Shown here: in pieces, positions 53,033 to 64,000 of the stretch | Position numbering within the stretch: position 1 is the first letter of the stretch | Layout: each line of letters begins with the position of its first letter | From: Eledone cirrhosa | Lineage: Eukaryota | Direction of reading: 5' to 3' | Assembly: GCA_964016885.1 (NCBI GenBank) | Contig: OZ024746.1 | Span: 42,284,001-42,348,000, forward strand | DNA: 64,000 nt | Notes under the pieces: generated by a model | Databases searched by the model: none | Told to the model about the DNA's origin: nothing | The model's input: only the letters and a program-made list of their open reading frames with translations | Translations under genes and position numbers: made by a program

Positions 53033-53556
53033 TTAAAGATTTATACTTTCTTTTTTCTTTTCAATTCCACCAATTTACAATTGCTCTGCAGAATTGGATG
53101 GTAATCTGGATAACAAATTTTAAAATCAGATACACATAATTCACTCTAATTGTTGTTGTCTATCTTCAGGTTAGCTGTAATTGAGTAGACTTATGATAAA
53201 ATGTGTGTATAACAAAAGTGTTACAGCTGTGATGTTCTAATCTGTTGTATGGGAATAACCATGTTTGTGTGTGTGTTTATATGTATTTGTGTGTGTACAT
53301 TTGCTAGAGTGTATATCGATGTCTCTCTTATATGCAATAAATATTAGCAAGTGATTCATTGGTTACATGGTTGATTTGTTTAGGTAAAGGGTTGTAAACC
53401 TCTATGCACATGTACAGAAGAAAGGAAATTGAGACAGAATAATATTTTTGTATTAAGATCTATACATGATACTACACACTCACACATTCGGACACACATA
53501 AACAAACAGGCATACACACACACACACATAACACATACAAAACACACGTGCACACG

Positions 53557-53592
<36 letters not shown>

Positions 53593-53594
53593 AA

Positions 53595-53987
53595 CGAGGG
53601 TAATCCCAAAAGTAAGGTCTCCAAAGCGATGGTGACGCAGAGAAACTATTCGTACGGTTGTTGGCAACACTGTTGTGATTGGTGCTTCCTTCACTCTCAA
53701 ACAAGCATGTGCACGCTTCACTGGGATGCTCGATCTTGGCTTGGCAGCCGTTGGGAATGGAGCTCCCATTGAACGCTACCTGCAATGCGAATTTCGTGCA
53801 GTTATTATATACGAGGGCAATCCCAAAAGTAAGGTCTCCTTCCGAAGAAAAAATGCGTAAAGATCGGCGGATCATTCTGGATGCTCTCTGCATTTTGGTT
53901 TCTGAGGTTTACCGAAGCACCATCCACAGGATTTTAACGCAAAAATTGCAATATCGGAAGGAGACCTTACTTTTAGGATTGCCCTCG
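53595..53987 (+). mobile_element. Composite mariner-derived MITE, second copy
   Basis: Reverse complement of 10538-10931, including the internal TIR at 53812. Confidence 0.85.
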
Positions 53988-53999
53988 TATATATATATA

Positions 54000-54620
54000 T
54001 AGGATGAGGTGATAAAAGCTGACCTTTCACAATTATACCTCTCAAAGGCGATGACACAGGATCGAGATCTCTGGCATTATGCAGTAATACAGAAACCTGG
54101 CATAAACTCCATACAATGTACACAAGGTAAATCTTGGGTACACAAAAGATGTAGTGGAATAATGAGTAGACAAACAAGAACGGAGAACTTTGCTTAAAGA
54201 AGTTGCACAGGAGAAATCAAGAGGAAGACTGCTAATGATATAAACCTTATCTGGTCACAGGAAGGATCCATCGACATAGTTGATAGCTTCTGCTATCTAG
54301 GTGACCTAATTAGTAGTGTAGGGGAGTGCAGAGGACAAGTGTAGACTGGAGAGAAATGAAGCAACCATGTTTCATTGGATGTGCAATGTAAATGTAAGAG
54401 AAGGGCAGAGCTTGGATGAGCTGAGAGAGAAGCTGGGCTTGAGGGGAATCTGAAAGGGTGTGTAGGAGATAAGACTGCTTTGGTATGGACATATGATGCA
54501 CATGGACAATGACCGATGGGTGAAGAAACCACACTGGAAGGAAGCCACAACAGAGGATAACTGAGAAAAAGCTGGGCAGAGGTTGTAAGAGAAGGCCTCA
54601 AATTGCTAAGACTGGCAGAG
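54000..54620 (+). mobile_element. Decayed and rearranged RTE fragments
   Basis: DEVIKADL.., [31 protein letters not shown] remnants. Confidence 0.65.
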
Positions 54621-55589
54621 GAAATGTATTTGGGATGAAATGAGCATAAGGGGGATACCTACCAGTATACTTCACATAGCTCCCACCACACTGAATCCAA
54701 AGAAACAGAGTAATGTTACATCACTTGAGTTCTCCTCACTGCCTCATCCGGCTTCCCTCACCCTAAACCTGAAGAAGCAGAGCTGTAAAACAACTCTCGG
54801 GTCATTGCTACAGTATACTTCTGACTTCCTCACCAACCCCATGATAGTATAGGAAGCTAGGACAAATCTTGACTGATTCACCTTCTGCATTCAACCCAAG
54901 TCAGCATGGAAAGTCAGGCACACCCCACAATGTTAGACATCACCCTCTAGCTCCAGGTTCCCTCTTCTCTACACCAGAATAATGAGGAGGGGGAGGTTAA
55001 ATAAGAAGAAAATTACAATGATGATGATGATGGCAACATCACTGATGAATCTGAAAGATGATAATTAGCTAACTAGGAGGTGTCATAAATATCAAATTGG
55101 CAGAAGGGATTTCATGTATTGAATAAAACAAATGGAGATTGAAAAATGGAAAACAAGAAACAAGAATATATTCTTTCAAAGGTAACCATTAGTTAAAACT
55201 ATAATAGTTGTGTGAGTGTACTACATTAAGATGAAGATAATACTATTGGTATCTTGAGAGTAATGGGTGTAATGAGTAGGAAGAAAATATATACAAAGCT
55301 TAATATGTACTGAACAAAACTAGTGTGTCAATTACAGAGGCAATACTAAGTCAATAAAGAAAAGAATATCTAGATAAACAATGAACTAAATAACAGTAAC
55401 AAAACATAACTAATTAGCTTATGGTTAAAGTTGAAATTTTGTGGTGTGTAAATAAAGAATGTAGTTAAGTAAATATATAGAGATGTCTTGCATGAATAAA
55501 GTGTAAATGTTTGTGTCAGAGTCACCATAAGTAAATACCTAGTGGTTACGTGTTTCTGGTAAAATCTATAAAACATGGGTTAATGTTAG

Positions 55590-57170
55590 TGGATGAAGTT
55601 CATATAAACTTTTGGATAAAGTTATTAGTTTGTAGTAGAAGTTGGATTTTTTCCTGTTTATTTGGTAATTAGATTTAGAGAATAGTATGGCTAATGCTTC
55701 TTATAAGCATAAATTGAAAGTTCTCATATTACTGTTCTAGGACTTAGTCATGGAGATTATTTTCTATTTGATTGTATAATTTGTATTTTCTCCTTTAACT
55801 CCCAAATAAATTTGAAGCGCTTTGTTTCATTTCCTGCTTGTGTTCCATAATGTTTAAGAGTGGTTGTTGAAACACCTGTCAAACAAATGGTCGAGATGAC
55901 TCATCAGCTGTATCAAAGACATGACAATCGTGCTGGTGCTAGTGCAATGATAAAATTTACTCAATTCATTTTGTAGAATGTGGTATTGTATTTAAGCAAT
56001 AAGCTTCCCAGCGTTTCTGAGATATCAGGAGCTGAGATATATAAGTAAGTACTGACTTTGTCTGTGATGACCCACCTTAACCATGCTAGCAGGGAAAACA
56101 GACATTAAATGATGATGATAATAACATGTGTGTGTGTGTTGAATTGTTAGTGTTAACATTATATTCATATACCACATCCTTAAGTAGGCATTTAATTTCT
56201 AAACAGCAGTTACTCATGTAGTTTCAGCTTTTGATATTGTTTATGAAACGGAGCTATCTTAAGATGGAGGAAAAAAGAGTTTGTGTACAAATTACGTGTA
56301 GTAGAACAAGATAATTTAATTGTGATTTTGTTATAAATTCTGTATTATTAGTGTCGTTGGTGGAAATTTCTTGTAAGGAAGTGAAAGAAGGATTTGGATA
56401 TTAGGTTAACTACAACTAAATTTGAGTGGTGGATTATACCACGTTATATTCATTGTCCTATTTTGTTTCTATTCCTACTGTTACTAATTGAATATGATCG
56501 TTATGTTCTAGACTCAATCACTCCTGGCAAGGGATTCATTGTAGTAAGGTACAGTTTCATTAAGGACTTATTTGTTATCTAGGAAGTCTGAAATTCTAAG
56601 AGAAATGGGCTTAATAATACAATCAGTTGTTTTCAATGTAGTCAGAGGGGAAGTGAATGTAGTTTAACAACTAAACAGGTTTCTTAAATGGGTAGCCAGA
56701 TGAATTAGAAAGATCTAGTATTACACCTAAAAAGTTTATTTCTGATGGTTAGTTTTAATAGTGCTAGAGAATAAATTCCTTGAGAGATAAATGTACGTCC
56801 TTTTTTATCCTTTTAGTTTTCTGTGGATTGCAATTGTTTAACAGTAGTAGGCTGTCAAGTCAGCATAGATCTCTTTTTACATGCAAGAATTTAGATTTAA
56901 GCTTTTGACTAACAAGGTCACTGATTTTGCCAATTCTGTTAAGCCCAGGCTTATGTTAAATGGAGTGTATGGTGATTTTCTAAATCCATAAAGCAGTATA
57001 GTGTTTTGAAATATTTTTCCTGGTGTTGGGTCAATGCTTAAGTCCTTGATGCTGTTTATGGCCCTAGTGAAATCAATGGTCTCATTTAACTTCAATTCTA
57101 CTACCAATGATATCATCCACCTAGTAATTTCAACTGAATATAACGTTTCTTTATATATTCTATCTCTATT
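55590..57170 (-). pseudogene. Long decayed PLE (Naiad-like): RT, thumb, linker, GIY-YIG C-terminus
   Basis: In order on the minus strand: FNISLG, NFLGVILDL, YPFKKP, YIHFPS, NITWYNPP, KFIWELKEK, FNLCL*EALAIL. Confidence 0.75.
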
Positions 57171-58124
57171 CAGAAAGCCTATTTATTCAGAAAGCCCATC
57201 ACATTCCTTATTATAAATTCCCTCAACTGAAAGTTCACATACAGTGAAACATGACACTGTAAAAATTCACATTTAATGTAATACATAAAAATAACATTAC
57301 CAATGTGTAACCATGTCTTGTGTCATTTAAGTGAGAGTGACCTCTCGATTATAACTATACTTCCAAATATTTTACGTTAATTGTGGTTTTTCAATTTCAA
57401 AAGGGAATAAAAAACAATGCCATTCTTGAAACAAGTAATACTCAACCTAAAAAGGAATAAAAGTATTCTCTATCTCTGCTTTACAAAGAACACAGAATGC
57501 AGTGATAATGTAAAGGTGGCACTAAGGATTTTCTCAGATCACAGTATCTTAGAACTAATAATATATGGTCTGCTTACATACAACACATGATTACTGATTA
57601 AGTAAAATAAGTATGTGCTTAGGGTCTCAGGAAAAGAAGGTCCCATTGACTTTTTTTTTTTCAGTTCAGTATATAGGACTTTTTCTATAAACAGTATATA
57701 GGAGTACAATCATTTCTTTAGTTCTTTGGGTATTCAAAGATCTTAATTTAGCCCTGCCTACATAACTAGGGACAGCTTGAGATCTGTCAGAATACAATGC
57801 CTACCTGGTACTCCTTTCACCCCAATATTTACTGCAAGATGCTAGCTACCCTTATAAAAGAATCACTCACCCACTAACATACTTACCTCACAATGGTGCC
57901 AAAATAAAGTGGGACACCATAGTCCTGTGTATATATTTACCATTCTTCTGAATCTACCTCCTTTGTCACCACACAACTCTTCTGAGTTACCAATCATCCA
58001 CACCACTCCAAAAAACCATTTTGAGCAATTTTTGTTATACAAGATTTATTCTCATCCTCTCAAACTTTCTCCATTCTTTTCTCTCTTAGCTGCTCCTCAT
58101 TTTAATATATATGAAGTATTAATA

Positions 58125-58485
58125 TATTTGAAGTATTTCCATAGGAAGGGTAAAGGAAAGGAGAATGCTCTATGTATGCTACAGAGCTATTTAATTATGT
58201 AATAAACAACATAAGACAATTATTCCATTTACCAAAGGTTTCATGAAGACAGTTGAGCTCAACAGAGATGTCTGAAATCGCTCATCAGAATGAAAATTTA
58301 ATATAGACGTAAGATATGAATTTAAAATCAAAGGCTATTACAACTGAAAGTGAGGCTGAAATATAATAAAATAAAGATAAGAAATAAAATAAAATAATGG
58401 GAAAATATACACACTGATGCAGAACGTAAGTTTAGGGGGTAAAAAAAAACATACATATATACATACATATATGTATGTATGTATA

Positions 58486-58516
<31 letters not shown>

Positions 58517-58781
58517 TTATTTATTTTTACCCCCTAAACTTACGTTCTGCATCAGTGTGTATATTTTCCTGTTATTTTATTTTATTTCTTATCTTTATTT
58601 TATATTATATTTCAGCCTCATTTTCAGTGGTAATAGCCTTTGTTTTTAAATTCTTATCTTACGTCCATATTAAATTTTCATTCTGATGAGCGATTTCAGA
58701 CGTCTCTGTTGAGCTCGTCTGTCTTCGTGAAACCTTTGGTAAATGGAATAATTATCTTATGTTGTTTATTATATAATTAAA
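58125..58781 (-). mobile_element. Fold-back element, ~255-bp arms around a (TA)-rich spacer
   Basis: Arms 58190-58445/58524-58781; tail 58125-58190 homologous to 61068-61130. Confidence 0.88.
58676..58748 (+). ncRNA. Type I hammerhead (mirror copy 58223-58295, minus strand)
   Basis: tttcatt-CTGATGA-GCGA..CAGACG..CGTCTG..TCGT-GAA-ACC ttt GGT-A-aatggaa. Confidence 0.85.
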
Positions 58782-58784
58782 TCA

Positions 58785-59285
58785 TCATGATCAACGTTCC
58801 ACGCTTGCATGGGTTTGGACGGGGGTTTTCTCACTTGAGGCAAGAGTGATTGTCTTGCTCGCATAGGACTGTCTGGCGGGTTTTCTACAGCTGGATGCCC
58901 TTCCTAACACCAACCACATTTACAGTGTGGGGCTGGGAGGTTTTTACCGTGTTGCCTACATGGCCACATTACAGCGTGGACTGTCTGGCGGGTTTTCTAC
59001 AGCTGGATGCCCTTCCTAACACCAACCACATTTACAGTGTGGGGCTGGGAGGTTTTTACCGTGTTGCCTACACGGCCACATTACAGCGTGGACTGTGTGT
59101 TTTTTGTCGTGACACCTACACGATCTCATTTGTTTCGGCCTGGATGTTGTGGCACCAACATAACTTTACATTGAAAGGGGAGGTGTGGATGGGGTGGGGT
59201 GGTGGGACGGGGGTGTGTTTTGATAGAGATGCCTACTGACTGTAGTAGTTTTTACTTTGTATTTCGGTAAGGCGGGTCTTCTCTA
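58785..59285 (-). mobile_element. RTE family A 3' end with duplicated UTR unit
   Basis: Matches 30880-31380; flanked by probable TSD TATAATTAAAT. Confidence 0.9.
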
Positions 59286-59292
59286 TTATAAT

Positions 59293-59325
<33 letters not shown>

Positions 59326-59332
<7 letters not shown>

Positions 59333-59573
59333 TATAAGTATTAATAAAATAGATGTTCTTTTGATCAATTACATTTTATTATACATATTTCGGATGTACA
59401 ACTGTTGTACATCCGAAATATGTATAATAAAATGTAATTGATCAAAAACATCTATTTGATTAATACTTATGTTTTAATATTAATAACTCCTGAAAATTAT
59501 TTTTTACCGTTGAGTGCTTCCAATCTACTGTAAAACTCATTCTTTGACATAATCATTGAATATTGTTTAACAC

Positions 59574-59575
<2 letters not shown>
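59326..59575 (+). mobile_element. Fold-back element, apex at 59403, HHR 3' half
   Basis: ggatgtacaac-t-gttgtacatcc-GAA-ATATGTAT-A-ataaaat; tail resembles 21655-21740. Confidence 0.75.
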
Positions 59576-59615
<40 letters not shown>

Positions 59616-59733
59616 TTCCTTCACAAAGTAGAACAATATATACATAGTAATAATAAATGTGAAAACTAAAATCCAAAGTTGGGTGGATAAGGATTATATA
59701 TATATATAAATAAAGTATATATATCAACCTGTA

Positions 59734-59787
59734 GAGTTTCAGAAGAACCCGTAAAATAGTAAAAGCAGCGATTCTTTGCTTAAACTT
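59734..59787 (+). ncRNA. Hammerhead-like motif with CAGAAGA core (decayed copy)
   Basis: gagttt-CAGAAGA-..-(A)AA-AGCA gcgattctt TGCT-T-aaactt. Confidence 0.5.
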
Positions 59788-60644
59788 TAATCTGTACTTA
59801 TAATATATATATATATATATATATGTATGTATATTTATGTAAGTATGCATACGTACACACACATGTGTGTGTTTTAGGTCATTCAGTAATAATGTGGATT
59901 ACTGGAGGTAGTACTACTATTAGCCCTCTATGCTAAAGCAGAGAGTATATAATAAGTCTAACAAAAGGAAGTTTCAGATAAATGTTTTTATTGATTGTTG
60001 ACCAGTTTCACTTGTTCCATAGATGATTGGTTCAAGGTCAATATGGGTGTTATAGACTTGACTCCAGCATTGATCTGCTCATCAGACAAGGTGATTCAGC
60101 TAAAAACCAAAAATTACATCTCAAAAGCATCCAGAATTGTATGGAATATATATATATACACAGAAGAACATTTAGTTTGTGAGTGTCTGTGTATATGACT
60201 GTGTTTATGTGTTCACAAGTGTGCACGTGAGTGTGTTAGCATGATCTCGCACACTCACACACAAATACGTTTGAATGAGTAGATGCATGCATCACAAAAC
60301 ACATAAACGCATGCTAGCAAGCACACAGGCACACACACACACATGAACCCTCTCACACAGCAACATATATATGCAGATGCACCATACACACATAGGTGAA
60401 CACATGAACATATCCACATACATATGCAGACACATGCACGCTAAATGATGCTGGATGCTTTTGAGATGTAATTTTTGCTTGTTAGCTGAAAGCTGAATCA
60501 TCATTCCCATTTCTGATAACATCCATACAAATCTTGAGCCAATCATCTGTAAAATGTGCATAACTGGTCAATGATCAATAAAAGAATTTATGTGAAACTT
60601 CCTCGTGTTAAACTTAAATATATATTTATATATATATATAAATA

Positions 60645-60846
60645 CGGATGGATTCAGTAAGAAACAGGTTAGACCATTACTCACCAGTGTACTCGATACT
60701 TGGGGTAGTAGAGTATGGTTATAAGAATGTGTTGGGACCTTCACAGCTCAGCTCTTGCCGTTTCAATAAGTAGTTCCAGACTCAGTCTGGAACTAGCTGT
60801 TGAAATGGCAAGAGCTCAGCCGCCGAGGTCCTGACTCATTCTTACA
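60645..60846 (-). mobile_element. Fold-back element, family of 16043-16236
   Basis: Arms 60722-60782/60784-60845, apex ttccagact-c-agtctggaa; tail on the left. Confidence 0.7.
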
Positions 60847-60976
60847 TAAATATATATATATATAGATAGTTATGTAATAAACAACATAAGGCAATTATTC
60901 CATTTACTAGTGGTTTCTTAAAAGCAAAAGATTTTGCTTTCAATCCTCAGAATGAAAAAATCCTGGACCAGGATTT

Positions 60977-61036
60977 TTTCATTCTGAGGATTGAAAGCAA
61001 AATTTTTTGCTTTTAAGAAACCACTGGTAAATGGAA
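60977..61036 (+). ncRNA. Type I hammerhead in 100-bp-arm palindrome 60867-61067 (mirror copy 60898-60957)
   Basis: tttcatt-CTGAGGA-TTGAAAGCAAAA tt TTTTGCTTTTAA-GAA-ACC act GGT-A-aatggaa. Confidence 0.88.
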
Positions 61037-61490
61037 TAATTGCCTTATGTTGTTTATTACATAACTATTAAGCTCTGTTACCTACATAGAGCACTCTTTT
61101 TTCCTGGACTTTTCCGACGGAATTACTTCATATATAGATAGATAGAGAGATATTACTTGAAAGAGTTTTTATTTGTATCTATATGCTTCATATTAATTTT
61201 TACCTTTGTTGATAGACATAACGAGCACATAATTTCTTTCCCATTTCCTATATCTATTTCATTGTCCTAGTGTAACCAACTTGCTAAGTCGTTTCAATGA
61301 GGAGAACAAGTAAGATTAAAACATATTTGTTGCTAGTTCATAGATAAGGCCTACTCCCACTACATTGTCTTATATTGCTTGAATCAATTTAGATCAACTC
61401 AGGCTTGCTTCTCATCATCTGAACAATGTAAAAGGGGTTTGTGGCTCAGAATTGTGAGGATAGTAACAGTTGATGGAATTGTTTTCATTT

Positions 61491-61565
61491 GTCATCTGAA
61501 GAAGTGTCGATTAAGTGTCGGGATCTGATAGACTGATCGATATAGAAACAATTGTAATATGAAAT
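61491..61565 (+). ncRNA. Hammerhead-like motif
   Basis: CTGAAGA-agTGTCGATTA..TGATCGATAta-GAA-ACAATTGT-A; stem I weak; short tail then (TA)n. Confidence 0.6.
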
Positions 61566-61899
61566 AAAGTTTCACAAAAAGCTGCAATTCTTTTTGTCAC
61601 ACTCTCGCTATATATATATGTATATGTGCATGTGTGTAGATGGTTGTTGTTGTAATGATTGCATAACAACAGCTCATTGAAATATATATAATCCAATAAA
61701 TATGATTATGTAACTTGTGTTAAAGTTTATTTCCTACATGGAAACTGCATCACTTGTGATCACCACTATTATGGTGGAAAGATACAACTCATGTGGTGTG
61801 CTCCTAATTGCTTACACTTGTTTATCAATGGTCATAACACAGCTCTTATGTATAAACAACATGGTAATTAGCAAATATATATATATATATATATATATA

Positions 61900-62032
61900 A
61901 TTGTTCAGGATAGTACTAAAATGGTGTCATACCAGGTATATACGATTTGTTGATCATTAATGACCAACTTGTTTAACGATTAACAAAACGTATGTACCTG
62001 GTATGATGTATTATAGTACTGACAGGAATAAT
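61900..62032. repeat. Older fold-back (~55-bp arms) next to (TA)n
   Basis: tagtacta..tcataccaggtatatacg / cgtatgtacctggtatga..tagtact. Confidence 0.6.
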
Positions 62033-63194
62033 TATATTCAAGGTCACTCTACAGACTTGATTTGCTCTACACCTTGGCTATATATATATATAAATGTGTA
62101 TATATATATCCCATGCAAGCATCGTAATGTAGATGTAAAATGCTGCTGCTGTATGTGTGTTTGTACATATATATAACTGGACAGATGATTAGAAATTCTT
62201 TGCAACCAATATAAGGTTTGTTTCATTTGATTCAAACTATGTTGTAACAAGAAGTTTTTTTTTTATTTCACTCATTGGGATAATCTTAGAACATTTTGAT
62301 CACACAATTCAAACTTTTTGTAAGCAGTTACACACACACTGCATCACTCATACAGAACATGTCTGAAAAACATATGAAAAAATGCAAAGTATAATTTACA
62401 ATTTGCAATTTTAATTTTTTACTTCATGAGCTCTATAAAATTCAGGCATTCCAGTTCCATTCTCAGACACACACTCACCCATACATATATAAACGGAACT
62501 TCTTCCACGCAATTCATCATTTGTATCTATTTTCAACAAGATATGCTCCACGAACATTATCACTTCCTTCATAACTTCTCATGTTAGAGAACATCGTACA
62601 TTATGTTATAGAAGCTGTATCACTTGTAATCTTTAGACTTTTATCCTTCCTAGTCTTTCAACATGGGATCTATGAAGCTAAAAATGGATTGTGAGTATCT
62701 CTTATTTTATCGTAGTTGATGTCACCCAGGTTAGCTTTAATCATGCAGACCTATAATCAAAGCATTCTTCTTTTTTCAGGCAGTTTATTTAGGATTACAT
62801 TATACAATGTATTCTTCATGTTTAATTTGAGAGAGATTTGGTAACTTTTTCTAGCAGGACCAGTCAACTATTGTTATGTTTGTTGACTCTTTTAATATTT
62901 TAAATAATCAATATAAAATCACCCTACAATTAATTTGGATTAAATCCCTTTTCTCATCAATACACAGTCACGGGATTAGATCTTAATTTTCTTTTTGTGT
63001 CAGATTATCACCATCCTTTCATTTGTTAAATCAGTTCATTAATGAATCCATATTTATTTCCTAATCTTTGTTTCAATTTTTTTTCAGCTAACTTTGTTAA
63101 GAAATTGATACAGGTTTTATGTTTTTATTTGTTTCAACAGTTTTTACGAATAAAAACTCATGCTTGGTGTGTAACATTATGTATAATTTTAAAG

Positions 63195-63270
63195 ATTAAC
63201 TTTGCCTTTCATCCTTACGGGGTCGATAAAATAAAGTACCAGTACTGGCCTTGTGCCAAAAGTAGAAACA
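63195..63270 (+). mobile_element. Meta-like SINE 3' fragment
   Basis: AACTTTGCCTTTCATCCTTACGGGGTCGATAAAATAAAGTACCAG. Confidence 0.8.
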
Positions 63271-63329
63271 CTTATGTATAATTTTAAAACTTATTTTGTG
63301 TCATTTCCTGTTTAGTAATCGATTTCTAA

Positions 63330-64000
63330 TTTGTGTAAATTTTCAGATTTTTTAAGTTAAGATGTCAAAACATGATTGTTGCCAAATTGTAACACAAATG
63401 GCTGAGAACTTCAAGGAATCACAGTGCAGCATTGGTTTAAAAGCTTCCATCCTGGTGGATTCGATTGTGGAGATAAGGAAAGATATGGGCGTCTTTCTTT
63501 CATTGACAACGATGAATTGAAGGCTTTGGTGGAAGAAATCTTCCCACAACTGTTTGAGAACTTGCAGGAGAGCTAGATGTAAGCATTGGAACAATTTCAG
63601 ATCATTTGAAGAATGGGTGCCAAACAAATTGAATGAAACCCAGAAAATTCAGCATTAGGAAGTCTGTGCTTCACTTCTTTTGCACAACAAAAACAATCCA
63701 TTTCTTGATCTCATTTAACATGTAATGAAAAGTGGATACGATACAACTACCGACAATGGTCATCACAGTGATTGGGCCTAGATAAAGCTCCTAAACACTT
63801 GATAAAACTGAGGTTGTACCAAAAGATGGTTATGGTGACTGTTTGGTGGTTCACAACTGGATGAATCCACTACAGCATTTTGAAACAATCTCAGCACAGT
63901 AGTATATTCATGAAGTCAATGAAATGCATGAAAAATTACATGTGTGTCTAGCATTGATCAATAGAAAAGTCTCAACACTTTTGAGCATACATTGCACAAC
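63330..64000 (+). pseudogene. Decayed mariner transposase (runs off the window)
   Basis: EWVPNKLNETQK (WVPxxL), TCNEKWIRY (TGDEKW-like), KMVMVTVWW. Confidence 0.82.

Noticed and set aside
55030-55062. CTGATGA-ATC..GAT-GATA motif (also 1362 and 35752)
   Set aside because: GAAA and stems I/III are missing; at 55030 CTGATGA can arise by chance beside (GAT)n repeats

Overview
AT-rich, microsatellite-saturated eukaryotic DNA with no confidently identifiable host gene. The repeat complement resembles octopus/cephalopod genomes (inference from SINE and LINE types). Most supplied ORFs are (TA)n/(CA)n artefacts. Real content: at least three RTE-clade LINE families (with a PHD-like C4HC3 finger inside the RT region), a CR1-like LINE fragment, tRNA-derived CORE-type and Meta-like SINEs, a full-length decayed DD37D (maT) transposon, a decayed mariner, mariner- and piggyBac-type MITEs, and fossil Penelope-like element (PLE) ORFs (Neptune-like GIY-YIG; Naiad-like RT + GIY-YIG). 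The most striking feature is a dense, diverse population of short non-coding fold-back elements sitting in (TA)n tracts. They have the layout inverted arm + arm + unique 3' tail, and carry type I hammerhead ribozymes (HHRs) that I could fold by eye. There are about 14 near-complete cores from roughly ten unrelated sequence families. Several have giant 80-133 nt stem II inserts, family-specific palindromic stem III sequences, or fixed non-canonical cores (CAGAAGA, CCGAUGA), and several fold-backs turn exactly at the ribozyme's stem II loop. All structures were derived by manual inspection; coordinates of decayed elements are approximate.
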